Below are positions 60,901-64,000 of a stretch of DNA of 64,000 bases, piece after piece. The notes below the pieces were generated by a model that worked only from the letters and a program-made list of their open reading frames with translations, did no database searches and had not been told where the DNA came from. The stretch's first letter is position 1. Every line of letters begins with the position of its first letter. Location of the stretch: assembly GCA_964016885.1 (NCBI GenBank), contig OZ024744.1:122078001-122142000 (forward strand). Reading direction: 5' to 3'. This DNA comes from Eledone cirrhosa (taxonomy: Eukaryota). A program made the position numbers and the translations under genes.

Positions 60901-62739
60901 TCACTACCTCTATTCCTCTCACCCAGTCACTTTTATCCTTCCTCAACACATGATCCAACCATCTCACACTATCTCTCCTCACAACATCCATCACTACCTC
61001 TATTCCTCTCACCCAGTCACTTTTATCCTTCCTCAACACATGATCCAACCATCTCACACTATCTCTCCTCACAACATCCATCACTACATCTATTCCTCTC
61101 AGCCAGTCACATTCATACTTACTCAACACATGACCCAACCATCTCACACTATCTCTCTTCACAACATCCATCACTACCTCTATTCCTCTCTCACAGTGAC
61201 TTTCATACTTCCTCAACACATGACCCAACCATCTCACACTATCTCTCTTCACAACATCCATCACAACCTCTATTCCTCTTACCCAGTCACTTTTATCCTT
61301 CCTGAACACATGACCCAACCCTCTCGCACTATCTCTCTTCACAACATCCATCACTACCTCTATTCCTCTCACCCAGTCACTTTCATACTTCCTCAACACA
61401 TGACCCAACCATCCCACAGTATCTCTCTTCACAACGTACATCACTACCTCTATTCCTCTCACCCAGTCACTTTCAAACTTCCTCAACATATGACCCAACC
61501 ATCTCACACTATCTCTCTTCACAACATCCATCACTACCTCTGTTCCTCTCACCCAGTCACTTTTATCCTTCCTCAACACATGACCCAACCATCTCACACT
61601 ATCTCTCTTTACAACATCCATCACTACCTCTATTCCTCTCACCCAGTCACTTTTATCCGTCCTCATCACATGATCCAACCATCTCACACTATCTCTCCTC
61701 ACAACATCCATCACTACCTCTATTCCTCTCACCCAGTCACTTTTATCCTTCCTCAACACATGACCCAACCATCTCACACGATCACTCTTCACAACATCCA
61801 TCACTACCTCTATTCCTCTCACCCAGTCACTTTCATACTTCTTCAACACATGAGCCAACCATCTCACACTATCTCCCTTTACAACATCCATCACTACCTC
61901 TATTCCTCTCAGCTAGTCACATTCATACTTCCTCAACACATGACCCAACCATCTCACACTATCTCTCTTCACAACATCCATCACTACCTCTGTTTCTCCC
62001 ACCCAGTCACTTTCATACTTCCTCAACACATGACCCAACTGTCCCACACTATCTCTCTTCACAACATCCATTACTACCTCTATTGCTCTCACCCAGTCAC
62101 TTTTATCCTTCCTCAACACATGACCCAACCATCTCACACTATCTCTCTTCACAACATCCATCACTACCTCTATTCCTCTCACCCAGTCACTTTCATACTT
62201 CCTCAACACATGACCCAACAATCTCACACCATCTCTCTTCACAACATCCATCACTACCTCTATTCCTCTCATCCAGTCACTTTCATACTTCCTCAACACA
62301 TGACCCAACCATCTCACACTATCTCTCTTCGCAACATCCATCACTGCCTCTATTCCTCTCACCCAGTCACTTTTATACTTCCTCAACACATGACCCAACC
62401 ATCTCACACTATCTCTCTTCACAACATCCATCACTACCTCTATTCCTCTCACCCAGTCACTTTTATACTTCCTCAACACATGACCCAACCATCTCACACT
62501 ATCTCTCTTCACAACATCCATCACTAACTCTATTCACTCACCCAGTCACTTTTATCCTTCCTCAACACATGACCCAACCATCTCACACTATCTCTCTACA
62601 CAACATCCATCACTACCTCTATTCCTCTCACCCAGTCACTTTTATACTTCCTCAACACATGACCCAACCATCTCACACTATCTCTCTTCACAACATCCAT
62701 CACTACCTCTATTCCTCTCAGCCAGTCACTTTTATCCTT

Positions 62740-64000
62740 CCTCAACACATGACCCAACCATCTCACACTATCTCCCTTTACAACATCCATCACTACCTCT
62801 ATTCCTCTCACCCAGTCACTTTTATACTTCCTCAACACATGACCCAACCATCCCACACTATCTCTCTTCACAACATCCATCTCTACCTCTATTCCTCTCA
62901 CCCAATCACTTTCATACTTCCTCAACACATGACCCAACCATCTCACACTATCTCCCTTTACAACATCCATCTCTACCTCTATTCCTTTCACCCAGTCACT
63001 TTTATACTTCCTCAACACATGACCCAACCATCCCACACTATCTCTCTTCACAACATCCATCTCTACCTCTATTCCTCTCACCCAGTCACTTTCATACTTC
63101 CTCAACACATGACCCAACCATCTCACACTATCTCCCTTTACAACATCCATCTCTACCTCTATTCCTCTCACCCAGTCACTTTTATCCTTCCTCAACACAT
63201 GACCCAACCATCTCACACTATCTCTCTTCACAACATCCATCACTACCTCTATTCACTCACCCAGTCACTTTTATCCTTCCTCAACACATGACCCAACCAT
63301 CTCACACTATCTCTCTACACAACATCCATCACTACCTCTATTCCTCTCACCCAGTCACTTTTATACTTCCTCAACACATGACCCAACCATCTCACACTAT
63401 CTCTCTTCACAACATCCATCACTACCTCTATTCCCTCACCCAGTCACTTTTATCCCTCCTCAACACATGACCCAACCATCTCACACTATCTCTCTTCGCA
63501 ACATCCATCACTACCTCTATTCCTCTCACCCAGTCACTTTTATAATTCCTCAACACATGACCCAACCATCCCACATTATCTCTCTTCACAACATCCATCT
63601 CTACCTCTATTCCTCTCACCCAGTCACTTTCATACTTCCTCAACACATGACCCAACCATCTCACACTATCTCCCTTTACAACATCCATCACTACCTCTAT
63701 TCCTCTCACCCAGTCACGTTTATACTTCCTCAACACATGACCCAACCATCCCACACTATCTCTCTTCACAACATCCATCTCTACCTCTATTCCTCTCACC
63801 CAGTCACTTTCATACTTCCCCAACACATGACCCAACCATCTCACACTATCTCCCTTTACAACATCCATCACTACCTCTATTCCTCTCACCCAGTCACTTT
63901 TATACTTCCTCAACACATGACCCAACCATCCCACACTATCTCTCTTCACAACATCCATCTCTACCTCTATTCCTCTCACCCAGTCACTTTCATACTTCCT
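62740..64000. repeat. Local 180-bp dimeric higher-order repeat
   Basis: Two monomer types alternate: tcccttta at ~62773, 62953, 63133, 63671, 63851 and cccaca at ~62852, 63032, 63570, 63750, 63930. Confidence 0.8.

Larger units (their letters stand above)
1..64000. repeat. 90-bp-monomer tandem satellite array (~711 copies), continuing beyond both window edges
   Basis: The monomer recurs every 90 bp (ATG starts at 63, 153, 243 ... 63917). The span 63917-63 = 63854 = 710x90-46, matching a by-eye count of 47 one-base deletions and 1 insertion. No spacers, inversions or foreign insertions were seen. Consensus composition is A23 C38 G2 T27. Confidence 0.99.

Noticed and set aside
1-64000. CRISPR array or recombination-cassette array
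   Set aside because: There are no unique spacers, as the whole 90 bp is conserved. No cas, RT or recombinase genes and no evident palindromic repeat are present.
1-64000. Canonical telomeric repeat or strong G-quadruplex array
   Set aside because: There are no tandem TTAGGG or TTAGG units, and only two widely spaced GGG runs per monomer on the minus strand.
1-64000. tRNA, 5S rRNA, snRNA or spliced-leader tandem gene cluster
   Set aside because: No recognisable A/B boxes or conserved RNA motifs were seen. With 2 G per monomer on one strand (2 C on the other), little stable Watson-Crick structure is possible.
1-64000. Entire array as a sequencing or synthetic artefact
   Set aside because: Variants are linked, hierarchical and regionally structured, as expected of an evolved array. 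Individual near-identical duplications could still be misassembled.

Overview
The whole 64-kb window is one uninterrupted head-to-tail satellite array of a 90-bp monomer, about 711 copies in a single orientation, running off both ends. The + strand consensus is ATGACCCAACCATCTCACACTATCTCTCTTCACAACATCCATCACTACCTCTATTCCTCTCACCCAGTCACTTTTATCCTTCCTCAACAC. I found no unique sequence, genes, RNA genes or CRISPR array; every listed ORF is a re-reading of the monomer. The most notable observation is that the minus strand reads GIEVVMDVVKRDSVRWLGHVLRKDKSDWVR. This closely resembles the 'R(L)RW(F/Y/L)GHV.R' motif downstream of the reverse-transcriptase domain in RTE-type non-LTR retrotransposons, which suggests a satellite born from a 30-codon LINE ORF fragment in a eukaryote (an inference needing a database search). 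Diagnostic variants reveal nested higher-order repeats: ~4.4-4.9 kb x3, ~5.3 kb x2, 7010 bp x2, 1617 bp x2, 1710/1530 bp, 2608 bp x2 and a 180-bp dimer. Rare variants are shared between the two window ends, and a more diverged layer lies at ~58-62.5 kb. All counts were made by eye and need computational confirmation.
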